A stretch of DNA of 20,000 nt from an uncultured virus (IMG/VR IMGVR_UViG_3300037419_003078). Taxonomy: Duplodnaviria; Heunggongvirae; Uroviricota; Caudoviricetes. The notes under the pieces were generated by a model. The model made no database searches, was not told the DNA's origin, and saw nothing but the letters and a program-made list of their open reading frames with translations. Location: IMG/VR virus record IMGVR_UViG_3300037419_003078, one strand, 5' to 3'. Made by a program: the position numbers and the translations under genes. This document shows positions 1 through 8,063 of this stretch, one piece after another. Within the stretch, counting starts at the first letter, position 1. The number at the start of each line of letters is the position of its first letter.

Positions 1-424
1 AGATAACTTCACTATCAACTTCTGCTAATCGGAATAAGTTCTCTGAATGGAATAACTCTCCATCATTGTAAATCATACCGTTATGAATACCAATACTTGT
101 TGCTGATTCGATAGGGTGATTATTTTCATTGACAGAAGGTGAACCTTGTGTTGCATATCGAGTATGAATTAAAATGTTATGAGTCTTGTTGTTAATGTTT
201 CTATCCATAAATTCTAAGTATGTGTCATATTGAGTAAATTCGTCTGCACTTACGTTATGCTTTAATACTTCATAGTTATCTTCTCCAAATACTGCAATAC
301 CTGTTGCATGAGTTCCTCGTACTTGATTCTCTACTGCTAATTCACTTGCTAAATCTTTAATCCAATCTAATTGTTTTTGAGTTCGGTTTTTTTGATACAT
401 CATAATTCCTGCGATTCCACACAT
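1..424 (-). CDS. Class II (Ntn) glutamine amidotransferase, 5' part (runs off window edge); not in ORF track
   Basis: Manual translation from ATG at 424: MCGIAGIMMYQKNRTQKQLDW...QVRGTHATG...IHTRYATQG...NNHP...IHNGMIYND...EVDSEVI. It has the N-terminal Cys nucleophile and the RG, HTR, HP, HNG and DSE motifs. RBS GAAAGAGGT. Paralog of 5321..6547. Confidence 0.9.
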   Translation of the reverse strand, partial: MCGIAGIMMYQKNRTQKQLDWIKDLASELAVENQVRGTHATGIAVFGEDNYEVLKHNVSADEFTQYDTYLEFMDRNINNKTHNILIHTRYATQGSPSVNENNHPIESATSIGIHNGMIYNDGELFHSENLFRLAEVDSEVI

Positions 425-471
425 AATATCTACCTCTTTCGGTTTTTAGTTTTTGTTTTGTCTACTCTTTA

Positions 472-500
472 ATAATAACATATCAGTTGTCATCTGTCAA
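472..500 (-). promoter_or_regulatory. Sigma-A-type promoter
   Basis: TTGACA-gatgacaactgatatgt(17)-TATTAT with TG extension and an A-tract upstream. Confidence 0.8.
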
Positions 501-518
501 CTACTTTTTTAAACTTTT

Positions 519-893
519 TTATGCTATATAAACTACCATCATATTATTTCCTCGTCTAACTTCTTGAACTACGAATGAAGATAATCCTTTCAGATTGATT
601 GCGTCTCCTTTTCTTAGTCCTAATTTCAACACTTCTTTAATATTCTTAATTCGTATAAAAGATGGTATGTTTACATCTAAACTCTTAGGTGGATTATCTA
701 TTGATATATAACCTCTACCAATAAAGTTGTATAGCAATTGTCCATTGACACATATTGTTTCTTGTCTTACATCTTCATATATTTCATCTAGTCCGAAGAT
801 AAGGTCATCTTCTTTGACATTTTGTGCTAACTCTATTTCTTCTATCTTTGTTCCTGCCATAAAACTTACTTTAGAACCTTTTCCTAACCACAT
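519..893 (-). CDS. Hypothetical protein, local 'KN..GD.L.LKGL' paralog family
   Basis: 124 aa ORF, RBS AGAAGGTGA; C-terminal RIKNIKEVLKLGLRKGDAINLKGL resembles 2539..2781 and 2804..3043. Confidence 0.75.
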   Translation of the reverse strand: MWLGKGSKVSFMAGTKIEEIELAQNVKEDDLIFGLDEIYEDVRQETICVNGQLLYNFIGRGYISIDNPPKSLDVNIPSFIRIKNIKEVLKLGLRKGDAINLKGLSSFVVQEVRRGNNMMVVYIA

Positions 894-930
894 CTATATC
901 ACCTTCTTACGGTCTATTTTTAGATTATAT

Positions 931-989
931 ATCAACGGAGAGCAGAGGCTTGGAGAACTATGTTCTACTTGGTCATACCCTCCGTTAAT
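931..989 (-). other. Long intergenic RNA stem-loop (processing/stabilising element?)
   Basis: Minus strand ATTAACGGAGGGTA...TGCTCTCCGTTGAT gives a 14-bp stem with three G-U pairs and an inner AGAAC-ata-GTTCT hairpin; no U-tract; bracketed by dyad sites 907 and 990. Confidence 0.65.
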
Positions 990-1010
990 GAAAAGTTTAA
1001 TATTAGACTC

Positions 1011-2312
1011 TTATACTACTTGCTTAAACATATATGAGCCTAATTCTTCATCAAACATTACAAGTCTTTCGTGAGAGATATCTCTCATTAGTTGATTTGT
1101 TTTATCAACTGGAAGTCTTAATCTGTCACTAACCTTGCCAATCCAATCTGCTTCATTTTCACAATCTGTAATCTGTTGTAGAATGACAACCTCTAGAAGT
1201 TTATCTACATTTTCTCGGTCAATCATTCGTGGTGTATAGAGTTTTTCATCAATTTGTGACCATGACATACCATTGATTCTCATTAGTGATGAAGGTGTCA
1301 CTGACATCTTTTTAAGAATATCATATGCAACTGGATTGATATTGTAAATCTCACCTTTTAACCATCTGATTAAAGCACTTGTTCTTAATTGTAGGCTTTC
1401 AATATCATCTTGTTCTAAGTCTGTGCTATCACTTTCTCTATCTCCTGTTCCGAAGTTTACAAATTTATCAAAGATAGTTTTCTTGAAGTCGTATTCATCT
1501 TGTTTAATAGAGATGATACCACATTGAGATAAATCAATAGCCTTATGCAATAGGGCAACTTCTAAGGCAACTAGGGCAGTTGATACAGCAGGTGATAAGT
1601 GAGTGTCAGGGTGTCGAATCTCAACATGGAATGTAGACAATGTTCTATTTCTAAATCGACTGTGATTCATATTAAACATCTGATACTTACTGTATTTCTC
1701 ACTCATTTCTTCTTTGATGACACTCATTGGTGTATTAGTAGCCGAATAATCAAACGGTGGTCGTCTGAATAACACATATCTTGTTAATGCGTAGTCGTTA
1801 CAACCACCACTAGCAATCCAATATAGTTCGGGTGCAAAGATACGGTGTAACTGATAGAAGTTAGCTAAGATAATCTCAGGAACATCTCTTTCTAATTCTG
1901 TTACATCACTATTAGTATATCCTGCTAGTAAGTGAATGTGCATACCTGTATGATGTGAAGTATAGATGTCATGTTGTTGGAATGTATCCATGATATGTTG
2001 ATTCATATCATAGAATGTTTTCCAATCAAAACGTTTACCAACTGTTACAACCTCTACTCCATGTGGCACTGAACCATCTTCCATTACTTCTTTCACACCA
2101 TGTTCACCATGATGATGAATTGAGCGAGAAGGGTTAAGGGCATTATTGAAAGTGTCATAAACACTACTTAGGCTCTTATTTCTAGGAACTTGAACTTCAA
2201 ACTCCTCACCTACTTTTAAAATCTTACGAAACATCATTTGCCAATACTCAACATCTCTAGTAGTCAATCTACCTAATCTATCGTTAAATAATAAGTAATC
2301 AAACATTTTCAT
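1011..2312 (-). CDS. Putative amidoligase (glutamine synthetase/COOH-NH2 ligase fold), long type
   Basis: Motifs GEEFE, EDGS, GVEVVT, TGMHIH, HVEIR; start moved to ATG 2312 (MKMFDY) after RBS AAGGAGAG. Confidence 0.8.
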   Translation of the reverse strand: MKMFDYLLFNDRLGRLTTRDVEYWQMMFRKILKVGEEFEVQVPRNKSLSSVYDTFNNALNPSRSIHHHGEHGVKEVMEDGSVPHGVEVVTVGKRFDWKTFYDMNQHIMDTFQQHDIYTSHHTGMHIHLLAGYTNSDVTELERDVPEIILANFYQLHRIFAPELYWIASGGCNDYALTRYVLFRRPPFDYSATNTPMSVIKEEMSEKYSKYQMFNMNHSRFRNRTLSTFHVEIRHPDTHLSPAVSTALVALEVALLHKAIDLSQCGIISIKQDEYDFKKTIFDKFVNFGTGDRESDSTDLEQDDIESLQLRTSALIRWLKGEIYNINPVAYDILKKMSVTPSSLMRINGMSWSQIDEKLYTPRMIDRENVDKLLEVVILQQITDCENEADWIGKVSDRLRLPVDKTNQLMRDISHERLVMFDEELGSYMFKQVV

Positions 2313-2325
2313 TCGACATCTCTCC

Positions 2326-2466
2326 TTACAGTTCAATTATTTTAATATCTAATATTCTATCGTTTCTTTGAGCAAGATTTCTAATTGAATTTTTTTGTTC
2401 CTCGTTAGAAGGATATGGACTATATAAGTACCAACCTTCACCTCTAGTTAACAAGATTAAGTACAT
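2326..2466 (-). CDS. Small hypothetical protein (46 aa), not in ORF track
   Basis: MYLILLTRGEGWYLYSPYPSNEEQKNSIRNLAQRNDRILDIKIIEL; RBS AAGGAG; directly after promoter 2489-2517. Confidence 0.65.
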   Translation of the reverse strand: MYLILLTRGEGWYLYSPYPSNEEQKNSIRNLAQRNDRILDIKIIEL

Positions 2467-2488
2467 ATGGTCAACTCCTTATACTCTA

Positions 2489-2517
2489 AGTATATCATAT
2501 CAGTTTTCAACTGTCAA
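2489..2517 (-). promoter_or_regulatory. Sigma-A-type promoter
   Basis: TTGACA-gttgaaaactgatatga(17)-TATACT. Confidence 0.85.
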
Positions 2518-2538
2518 CTGTTTTTTTATAATTTATTA

Positions 2539-2781
2539 TTATACTGTAATCATTCCACAGGTTATTTCTAAGGAACGATATGGATTTTTTCCTTCATCTT
2601 TGAACTCGTAAAATACTCCGAATACCTCTAGTTCGCCTAGACCTTTTATGTTTAACGTATCACCACTACATATTTCCATTCCTAGTACATCTTCTGCGTT
2701 CTTGACTCGATACCATTTCTTATTAACAGTATCGCCTTCAAGTTCTTCTTCATAGACTTTCAATGTAACAATATGATACAA
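2539..2781 (-). CDS. Hypothetical protein, 'KGLGELEV' paralog family
   Basis: 80 aa, TTG start with RBS GGGGGAGGT; YRVKNAEDVLGMEICSGDTLNIKGLGELEV. Confidence 0.75.
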   Translation of the reverse strand: MYHIVTLKVYEEELEGDTVNKKWYRVKNAEDVLGMEICSGDTLNIKGLGELEVFGVFYEFKDEGKNPYRSLEITCGMITV

Positions 2782-2803
2782 GGCGACCTCCCCCTATCGT
2801 CTA

Positions 2804-3043
2804 TTATTCTACTATTTCACAAGATATTGCTATCTCTTGATATAAATAGTTCATTTGTGGGTAATCGTAGTTGTCTATGTTTAATGATATTACTTCTAAT
2901 TCTCCTAGCCCTTTTAGATAGAGAACATCACCTTCTTTTAACGCTATAATTTTTTCTAGATGATGTTCTGCATTTCTAATTGGAAAGGTTTTATGAGCGT
3001 GTTCTATACAAAAGTAAGCATAGCAGTCATAGTTATTCATCAT
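2804..3043 (-). CDS. Hypothetical protein, 'KGLGELEV' paralog family
   Basis: 79 aa; FPIRNAEHHLEKIIALKEGDVLYLKGLGELEV; tandem paralog of 2539..2781. Confidence 0.75.
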   Translation of the reverse strand: MMNNYDCYAYFCIEHAHKTFPIRNAEHHLEKIIALKEGDVLYLKGLGELEVISLNIDNYDYPQMNYLYQEIAISCEIVE

Positions 3044-3060
3044 ATCACCTTCAATCTTTT

Positions 3061-3558
3061 TTATATTATACCATAATCGTCAAAGTCGTCTGCTATTTCA
3101 TCTAAATAATAATTTGTATCCTCTTTTTTTACAACTCTTATGAAGTGTATATAGTAGTCATATATTTCTTGGTCTTTTCTTTGGCAAAGAGAACGATAAC
3201 TAAACTTGTATTCTTTACCGTCTAATTTTAGACTTAATTCTCTATCATACTCATTTGTTTTCTCAATTAGAAATTGACTGTTTTTTACTGGATAATGTTC
3301 TCCATTTATAACTAGATAAGCTTTTTCAGGTTTTGGTGTATTAACGTGACATCTAATACATTCTACGTTATTCTCAGAGCAATTAGAACATTTTCTTTGA
3401 CCACAATGAGTACATTCTGTCATACAGTCGTAACACATTACATCACCACAATCGTCACAAAAGCTAGCGTCCATTTCATATATTATACTACTGCAACTAC
3501 ATCTAACTGATGGACTAGTAATAGTTAAGCTATTCATGTATCTAGGCAATCTAATCAT
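3061..3558 (-). CDS. Cys-rich (multiple CxxC) zinc-binding hypothetical protein
   Basis: CSC, CDDC, CYDC, CTHC, CSNC, CIRC motifs in the N-terminal half; RBS GAGGAGTGA. Confidence 0.75.
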   Translation of the reverse strand: MIRLPRYMNSLTITSPSVRCSCSSIIYEMDASFCDDCGDVMCYDCMTECTHCGQRKCSNCSENNVECIRCHVNTPKPEKAYLVINGEHYPVKNSQFLIEKTNEYDRELSLKLDGKEYKFSYRSLCQRKDQEIYDYYIHFIRVVKKEDTNYYLDEIADDFDDYGII

Positions 3559-3562
3559 CTAA

Positions 3563-3832
3563 TCACTCCTCATTGAAGTATTCCTCTTTTGCTTTTTCGT
3601 ATACTCTTAATGGTATTTTATCTGCTAATTGAAAGGCTATTCTTTCATCTAATTCAAGAACTTCAATTAATCCTTCAATCTTGTCTTCATTGGGTATAAT
3701 CGAACCACGCTCAATTTCCATAGCATACTGTGGTGTAATTCCTACTCGTCTAGCCATCTCACTTCTTGTTAGATTTTTTTCTGCTCTCTTTGCTTTAATT
3801 AAGTCTGCGAATGTATTTACCATGTTGCTCAT
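3563..3832 (-). CDS. XRE/Cro-C1 family helix-turn-helix transcriptional regulator
   Basis: FADLIKAKRAEKNLTRSEMARRVGITPQYAMEIERGSIIP is a classic HTH_3 pattern; RBS AAAGGAGGT. Confidence 0.9.
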   Translation of the reverse strand: MSNMVNTFADLIKAKRAEKNLTRSEMARRVGITPQYAMEIERGSIIPNEDKIEGLIEVLELDERIAFQLADKIPLRVYEKAKEEYFNEE

Positions 3833-4086
3833 GTCTTACTACCTCCTTTTTCAATATTATACTCTTTTAGTTGATTATTGTCAACAGTTATTTTATTTCT
3901 TTCTCTGTCATATTTTACGTTGCTTAAAGCGTCATTAATTGAGTCCACCATGACTTCACTAATACAGTATTCAACTCCACCTGTAGCAATTCTTAATTCT
4001 TCTCTAGTTAATTCTAAGCCTTGTTCATTCGCATGGTCTAATATTTGATTTTCAATCATTTTCCTAAAAGTGTTTGGATATTTCAT
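3829..4086 (-). CDS. Hypothetical protein
   Basis: ORF with RBS AGAGGAG; ATG at 4086; the 3' end contains the promoter of the HTH gene. Confidence 0.7.
   Translation of the reverse strand: MKYPNTFRKMIENQILDHANEQGLELTREELRIATGGVEYCISEVMVDSINDALSNVKYDRERNKITVDNNQLKEYNIEKGGSKT
3856..3884 (-). promoter_or_regulatory. Perfect-consensus sigma-A promoter for the XRE HTH gene
   Basis: TTGACA-ataatcaactaaaagag(17)-TATAAT, inside the 3' end of the upstream ORF. Confidence 0.85.
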
Positions 4087-4114
4087 AATCAACCACTCCT
4101 CTTATAGTTTAATA

Positions 4115-4315
4115 TTAAAGTACAAAACTCTTATCTACTTTATGCTCTACTCTTGAAATACTTCTATCTATCGCCTTGATAACCTTCTCTAATACTTCTT
4201 CATTGTAGTCATCTAATTTTCCTACAAATTCAACTGCTAATCCAAACTCATGTGGTTCACAATTAGATGTGTATATTATAGTAGTACCGTCATATTCCAC
4301 TTCATATTTGTACAT
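4115..4315 (-). CDS. Small hypothetical protein, paralog of the C-terminal module of 4360..4806
   Basis: RBS AAGGAG, ATG 4315; MYKYEVEYDGTTIIYTSNCEPHEF...DYN...DKSF. Confidence 0.75.
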   Translation of the reverse strand: MYKYEVEYDGTTIIYTSNCEPHEFGLAVEFVGKLDDYNEEVLEKVIKAIDRSISRVEHKVDKSFVL

Positions 4316-4359
4316 ATTCAACACTCCTTATAGTATATTTTTATATCTTAATTTTATTC

Positions 4360-4806
4360 TTAAAAGTGAAAATCTTTGTTCGTACTTTTGTCTAAGTATT
4401 CTGCTTTATATCCTAACATTCTAATTATTTCAACAACTTGGTCTACGTTGTAATCTACACCATTTTCTTTTACCATGACTACAACTTTTTCAAATAAATC
4501 TTGTTCGCAATCAGTCTCAATAACAACCTTTTCATTATCCATCAATAGACCATATTTATTTTCCATCATAGGTGATTCCTCCTTAGAGTCTAATTTTAAA
4601 CTATTGTATGCTTTTGTTATTTCATGTTTAGACATTTCAAATACTCTTTTTCCGTGGTCAATATCCATCACTACTATATCATACATCTTATTTTTCAGTT
4701 TTGATTTTATAAGCATATGAAAGTATTCATCACTACCATCATCTACTTGACCATATCCTAAATTCATCAATCTATCTTTTTCTTCTGCCATTTGTATCTT
4801 ATCCAT
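4360..4806 (-). CDS. Hypothetical protein, apparent in-frame fusion of two small genes (second start ATG 4569)
   Basis: RBS AAGGAG with ATG 4806; internal dyad site 4583-4606 followed by AAGGAGG and in-frame ATGATG. Confidence 0.7.
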   Translation of the reverse strand: MDKIQMAEEKDRLMNLGYGQVDDGSDEYFHMLIKSKLKNKMYDIVVMDIDHGKRVFEMSKHEITKAYNSLKLDSKEESPMMENKYGLLMDNEKVVIETDCEQDLFEKVVVMVKENGVDYNVDQVVEIIRMLGYKAEYLDKSTNKDFHF

Positions 4807-4818
4807 ATTAATCACTCC

Positions 4819-4974
4819 TTATATGATTTCAATTTTGTCTAATTCATCTTTTGTTACAACAACTGCGTATTTATTACTGTATTCAAAGTCTATCCATACA
4901 CCTGAATTGACATAAACTATTGTTCCAATCTTACCTTTATATTTAACTTTCATACCTTTTTTAAGTTGTTCCAT
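4819..4974 (-). CDS. Small beta-rich (SH3/KOW-like) protein (51 aa), not in ORF track
   Basis: MEQLKKGMKVKYKGKIGTIVYVNSGVWIDFEYSNKYAVVVTKDELDKIEII; RBS AAGGAG. Confidence 0.7.
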   Translation of the reverse strand: MEQLKKGMKVKYKGKIGTIVYVNSGVWIDFEYSNKYAVVVTKDELDKIEII

Positions 4975-5004
4975 ACTAATCACTCCTTAAAGTTTATTTT
5001 TAGA

Positions 5005-5274
5005 TTACATATATCTAAAAAACTTCTCTACATTTTCGCTTTCTGATTCGTCATAACTTAGAATACATTGTGTTAACTCATACTTGTTGTATCTGTCTCT
5101 ATGTGCATTATATCCATCTTCACCATCATATCTCTCTATTACTTCATTAATAAATTCTTCTGCTTGTTCTCTAGACTCTAAGCCAAACTTAGATTTATAA
5201 GAATCGCAACTTCCACTGTGCCACTGTCCACTCATTTGTCTGTCAAATATTTTAACCAATGCTAACCATTTCAT
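5005..5274 (-). CDS. Hypothetical protein
   Basis: ORF track 92 aa; RBS AAGGAG spacing favours ATG 5274. Confidence 0.7.
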   Translation of the reverse strand: MKWLALVKIFDRQMSGQWHSGSCDSYKSKFGLESREQAEEFINEVIERYDGEDGYNAHRDRYNKYELTQCILSYDESESENVEKFFRYM

Positions 5275-5320
5275 AAACATCACTCCTTAGAGTATAATTT
5301 TAAATCCCAAAGAGCTAGCA

Positions 5321-6547
5321 TTAGCTAACTCTATGTCCATCACAATCTGCTAATTCATCTTTTAAATCATCACTCATGTAAGCGTTCATGATGTCAGTAT
5401 AACAACCACCGCAAACTCTTTCATCTTTTGGATTGCTTGAGTTGAAACTTGCCATCTTTTCTTCATCTGTCAACCATTCACCACACTCATAGCATAGTTC
5501 TTCATCTACTAATCCACTTCCATCATCTGCGTCAGTTATATCATCATTTGAGTAAATCATTACCTCACCTGTAACAGTGTCGATTTCACCTTCCAATACA
5601 AGTCCTTTACTATCTTTAGCAGTGACCGATTGGTACGAACTATTGTAGCCTGTTCCTGTCGTTGTTTTAGTAGTTGAAGTCGTGTTACTTTTATAGCTAT
5701 TGCTAGTGTATGTGTAGCTAGATGACTCAATGTAAAATCGTTCCTCCTTACTGATAGCGTCTTCTACAGTTGTAGCATTAGCGTTAATATTGAAGTAACG
5801 GTCAGGTGTAACTTTCATAATTTCTACTGTCTGTTTAGCATTAGTAATGCCTAATGTTTGACCTGCACGTTCTAACTTACGGAACGCTTTTGTGATATAA
5901 TCATCAATAGAGTTGAAGATGATAATTCCTGCCTCTTTCCAATAAGCTAAATGCATTGGCTTATCTTGTTTGATTAAGTGTAGCATATTAGGACTGTTTT
6001 TATGCACGAACGCTAGTGCGAATAATCCACGAAGTCTAGTAGTTTCTAACGCTTCTCTTAATCCATCTAATGTGATATCGTTATTATTATAATGGTTAAT
6101 AAGTTGGAATACAATCTCACTATCTACTTCACCAATACGAGTAAATTCATCTTTGTATTGAGTAAATAGTAAATCATCATTCTTAGCCGAACCGTTATGT
6201 AGTCCGACAACATTACCAATATCGAATGGGTGGTTATTGTTCATGTTCTCTGCTTTACCTTTAGTCATGTAGCGAGTATGAGCAATGATTACACTTGTTT
6301 GTTCTCCATCAAAGTTAGCTACAATCTCACGATATTTTTCATCTTCTGTTGTCATAGTATCTGCATTAATATTCTTTTTGTAGAACTCATATGAACCATC
6401 TCGTTTGAAACTTGCTAAACCTGTTGCGTGTTCACCTCTATCTTGAGTTTCAACCATTAATTCATCAAATACATAACGAATCTTAGCCATCATTTGAGCG
6501 TTACGTTCCACACCATTTAAAAGTACCATTCCATTAATTCCACACAT
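5321..6547 (-). CDS. Class II (Ntn) glutamine amidotransferase with S/T-rich linker and C-terminal CxxC..CxxC zinc finger
   Basis: MCGING..., DRGEHATG, AHTRYMT, NNHPF, LHNG, VDSE motifs; C-terminal CYECG/CGGC. Confidence 0.9.
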   Translation of the reverse strand: MCGINGMVLLNGVERNAQMMAKIRYVFDELMVETQDRGEHATGLASFKRDGSYEFYKKNINADTMTTEDEKYREIVANFDGEQTSVIIAHTRYMTKGKAENMNNNHPFDIGNVVGLHNGSAKNDDLLFTQYKDEFTRIGEVDSEIVFQLINHYNNNDITLDGLREALETTRLRGLFALAFVHKNSPNMLHLIKQDKPMHLAYWKEAGIIIFNSIDDYITKAFRKLERAGQTLGITNAKQTVEIMKVTPDRYFNINANATTVEDAISKEERFYIESSSYTYTSNSYKSNTTSTTKTTTGTGYNSSYQSVTAKDSKGLVLEGEIDTVTGEVMIYSNDDITDADDGSGLVDEELCYECGEWLTDEEKMASFNSSNPKDERVCGGCYTDIMNAYMSDDLKDELADCDGHRVS

Positions 6548-6597
6548 ATTATCAACAACCTTCCAGTTTTTATTTGTTTGTTTGTTTCTACTCTCTT

Positions 6598-6626
6598 AGT
6601 ATACTACATCAGTTTTAAATTGTCAA
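6598..6626 (-). promoter_or_regulatory. Sigma-A-type promoter
   Basis: TTGACA-atttaaaactgatgtag(17)-TATACT. Confidence 0.8.
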
Positions 6627-6651
6627 CTACTATTTTAAAGTTTCTTATAAT

Positions 6652-6801
6652 TTAATTTTCTACTGTATGATTTCTACCTACGTTCCAACTCCAAGCCATC
6701 AACTTCATAACTAAGTCATATCGTCTTTGATTGTTAAAGTCATAATTATATTTCTTATTAATTAGTGTTACATAGTGATTGTAAGTTTCTTCATTCATCA
6801 T
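6652..6801 (-). CDS. Small hypothetical protein (49 aa), not in ORF track
   Basis: MMNEETYNHYVTLINKKYNYDFNNQRRYDLVMKLMAWSWNVGRNHTVEN; RBS AAGGGAGGTG. Confidence 0.65.
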   Translation of the reverse strand: MMNEETYNHYVTLINKKYNYDFNNQRRYDLVMKLMAWSWNVGRNHTVEN

Positions 6802-6828
6802 GATGTCCACCTCCCTTAAAGTCTAATA

Positions 6829-6978
6829 TTATAAGCAACTACATAGTTTTCTATCATGTTGTCTTTGTTTCTTCTTGTGCATTTTTTTCTCTAATTGCCT
6901 TTGCAAGCTATTGTATCCTATCATCTTAGGAACTCTCTTGTCGAATGGATAAGACCATCTGCTATGACTCCTTTGCAT
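6829..6978 (-). CDS. Small basic hypothetical protein (49 aa), not in ORF track
   Basis: MQRSHSRWSYPFDKRVPKMIGYNSLQRQLEKKMHKKKQRQHDRKLCSCL; RBS AAGGAGGTGA. Confidence 0.6.
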   Translation of the reverse strand: MQRSHSRWSYPFDKRVPKMIGYNSLQRQLEKKMHKKKQRQHDRKLCSCL

Positions 6979-7022
6979 TATAATCACCTCCTTAAAGTTT
7001 AATTTTATATTTTAAATTCCCT

Positions 7023-7036
7023 AGCCCCGAAGGGCT
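7023..7036 (-). terminator. C(UUCG)G tetraloop hairpin after amidoligase gene (weak terminator or 3' stabiliser)
   Basis: Minus strand AGCCC-TTCG-GGGCT; no clear U-tract. Confidence 0.5.
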
Positions 7037-7048
7037 TATAGTATATTA

Positions 7049-7945
7049 TTAGATTGCTCTTGCTTGACGAGACTTTCTAATATTAATGTAGTCTTTTAAA
7101 TCATTATTGTAAATCTTAGGTGTGAACTCTAATCCAATCGACTCTGCTAATCGTTTGACCATTTCTTCTGCACTACTAGAGTTGTTAATACTTTCTGCAA
7201 TAAATTCTAATTGCTCTACACTAGAATGTTTGACTGTCTCAATTAAATGATAAGCTAGTAGACCGAATTTCTTAGCGTCACTAGAATCTCTAATTGCGTG
7301 GAATAATCTAAATTCAATAGTTCCTATTCCAGTATCAAACACATTAGCAAAGTTGTATCTATTCCAGTTAGGTAAACTTCTGTAATTACCACTTGATTGT
7401 TCTATTCTTGTCAATGAATACAGTAAGTTTCTAATGTTATCGTGATTATTGATGTTCAATCCTGTTTCTTGACATCTTCTTATAATAGTAGACCAAAGGC
7501 TATCCATAGGGCGACAATAACGATTACGTTGGTTTTCACGAGTACGTCTACTAGGTTTAACCATTAAGAACATCACATCATCTAGTTTTTCCATCAATAC
7601 TGCCATTTTAATTCGGTCAAGTAAAGTGTAGTCTCTAACATCAACATGAATATGTGTACCGGCTTTACCTCTGCCAACATTCCACTTTGTAGCTTGAATA
7701 TCTTCAAATATTTCATCTAACATATCTAACTTTGATAATGGTATTGATACAACTTCCATTCCTACATTGATACCGTCTACATGACGAGCGTTCCAACCAT
7801 AACTATTATTTAGACTGCCATCACGTTTTAAGTTTGAATGACGTACACCTTGCGATAACTTTGTAATATTCTTTGTATATCCTTCAACTTCAATTCCAAT
7901 AGTTCTATTTAATACGATACCCTTTAAGTTTAACTTTTTTGCCAT
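7049..7945 (-). CDS. Putative amidoligase (COOH-NH2 ligase fold), short type
   Basis: IGIEVE, RDGSL, GMEVVS, AGTHIHVD, TIEFR; start moved to ATG 7945 (MAKKL) after RBS GAGGAG. Confidence 0.85.
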   Translation of the reverse strand: MAKKLNLKGIVLNRTIGIEVEGYTKNITKLSQGVRHSNLKRDGSLNNSYGWNARHVDGINVGMEVVSIPLSKLDMLDEIFEDIQATKWNVGRGKAGTHIHVDVRDYTLLDRIKMAVLMEKLDDVMFLMVKPSRRTRENQRNRYCRPMDSLWSTIIRRCQETGLNINNHDNIRNLLYSLTRIEQSSGNYRSLPNWNRYNFANVFDTGIGTIEFRLFHAIRDSSDAKKFGLLAYHLIETVKHSSVEQLEFIAESINNSSSAEEMVKRLAESIGLEFTPKIYNNDLKDYINIRKSRQARAI

Positions 7946-7980
7946 TCGCCAACACTCCTCATAGTTTATTTTTAGATTGT

Positions 7981-8003
7981 AAGGGGAACACCTCGCTCCC
8001 CTC
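7981..8003 (-). other. GC-rich 5'-leader hairpin immediately after promoter
   Basis: Minus strand AGGGGAGC-gaggt-GTTCCCCT. Confidence 0.5.
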
Positions 8004-8014
8004 ACCTTAACTCT

Positions 8015-8043
8015 AGTTTAACACATCAGTTATCAACTGTCAA
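8015..8043 (-). promoter_or_regulatory. Sigma-A-type promoter
   Basis: TTGACA-gttgataactgatgtgt(17)-TAAACT, extended -10. Confidence 0.8.
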
Positions 8044-8063
8044 GAGAAAGTTACAATTTAATT

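Noticed and set aside
5321..6547. glmS/purF/asnB housekeeping assignment
   Set aside because: Only the GATase-II domain is recognisable; no SIS, PRTase or asparagine synthase domain follows.
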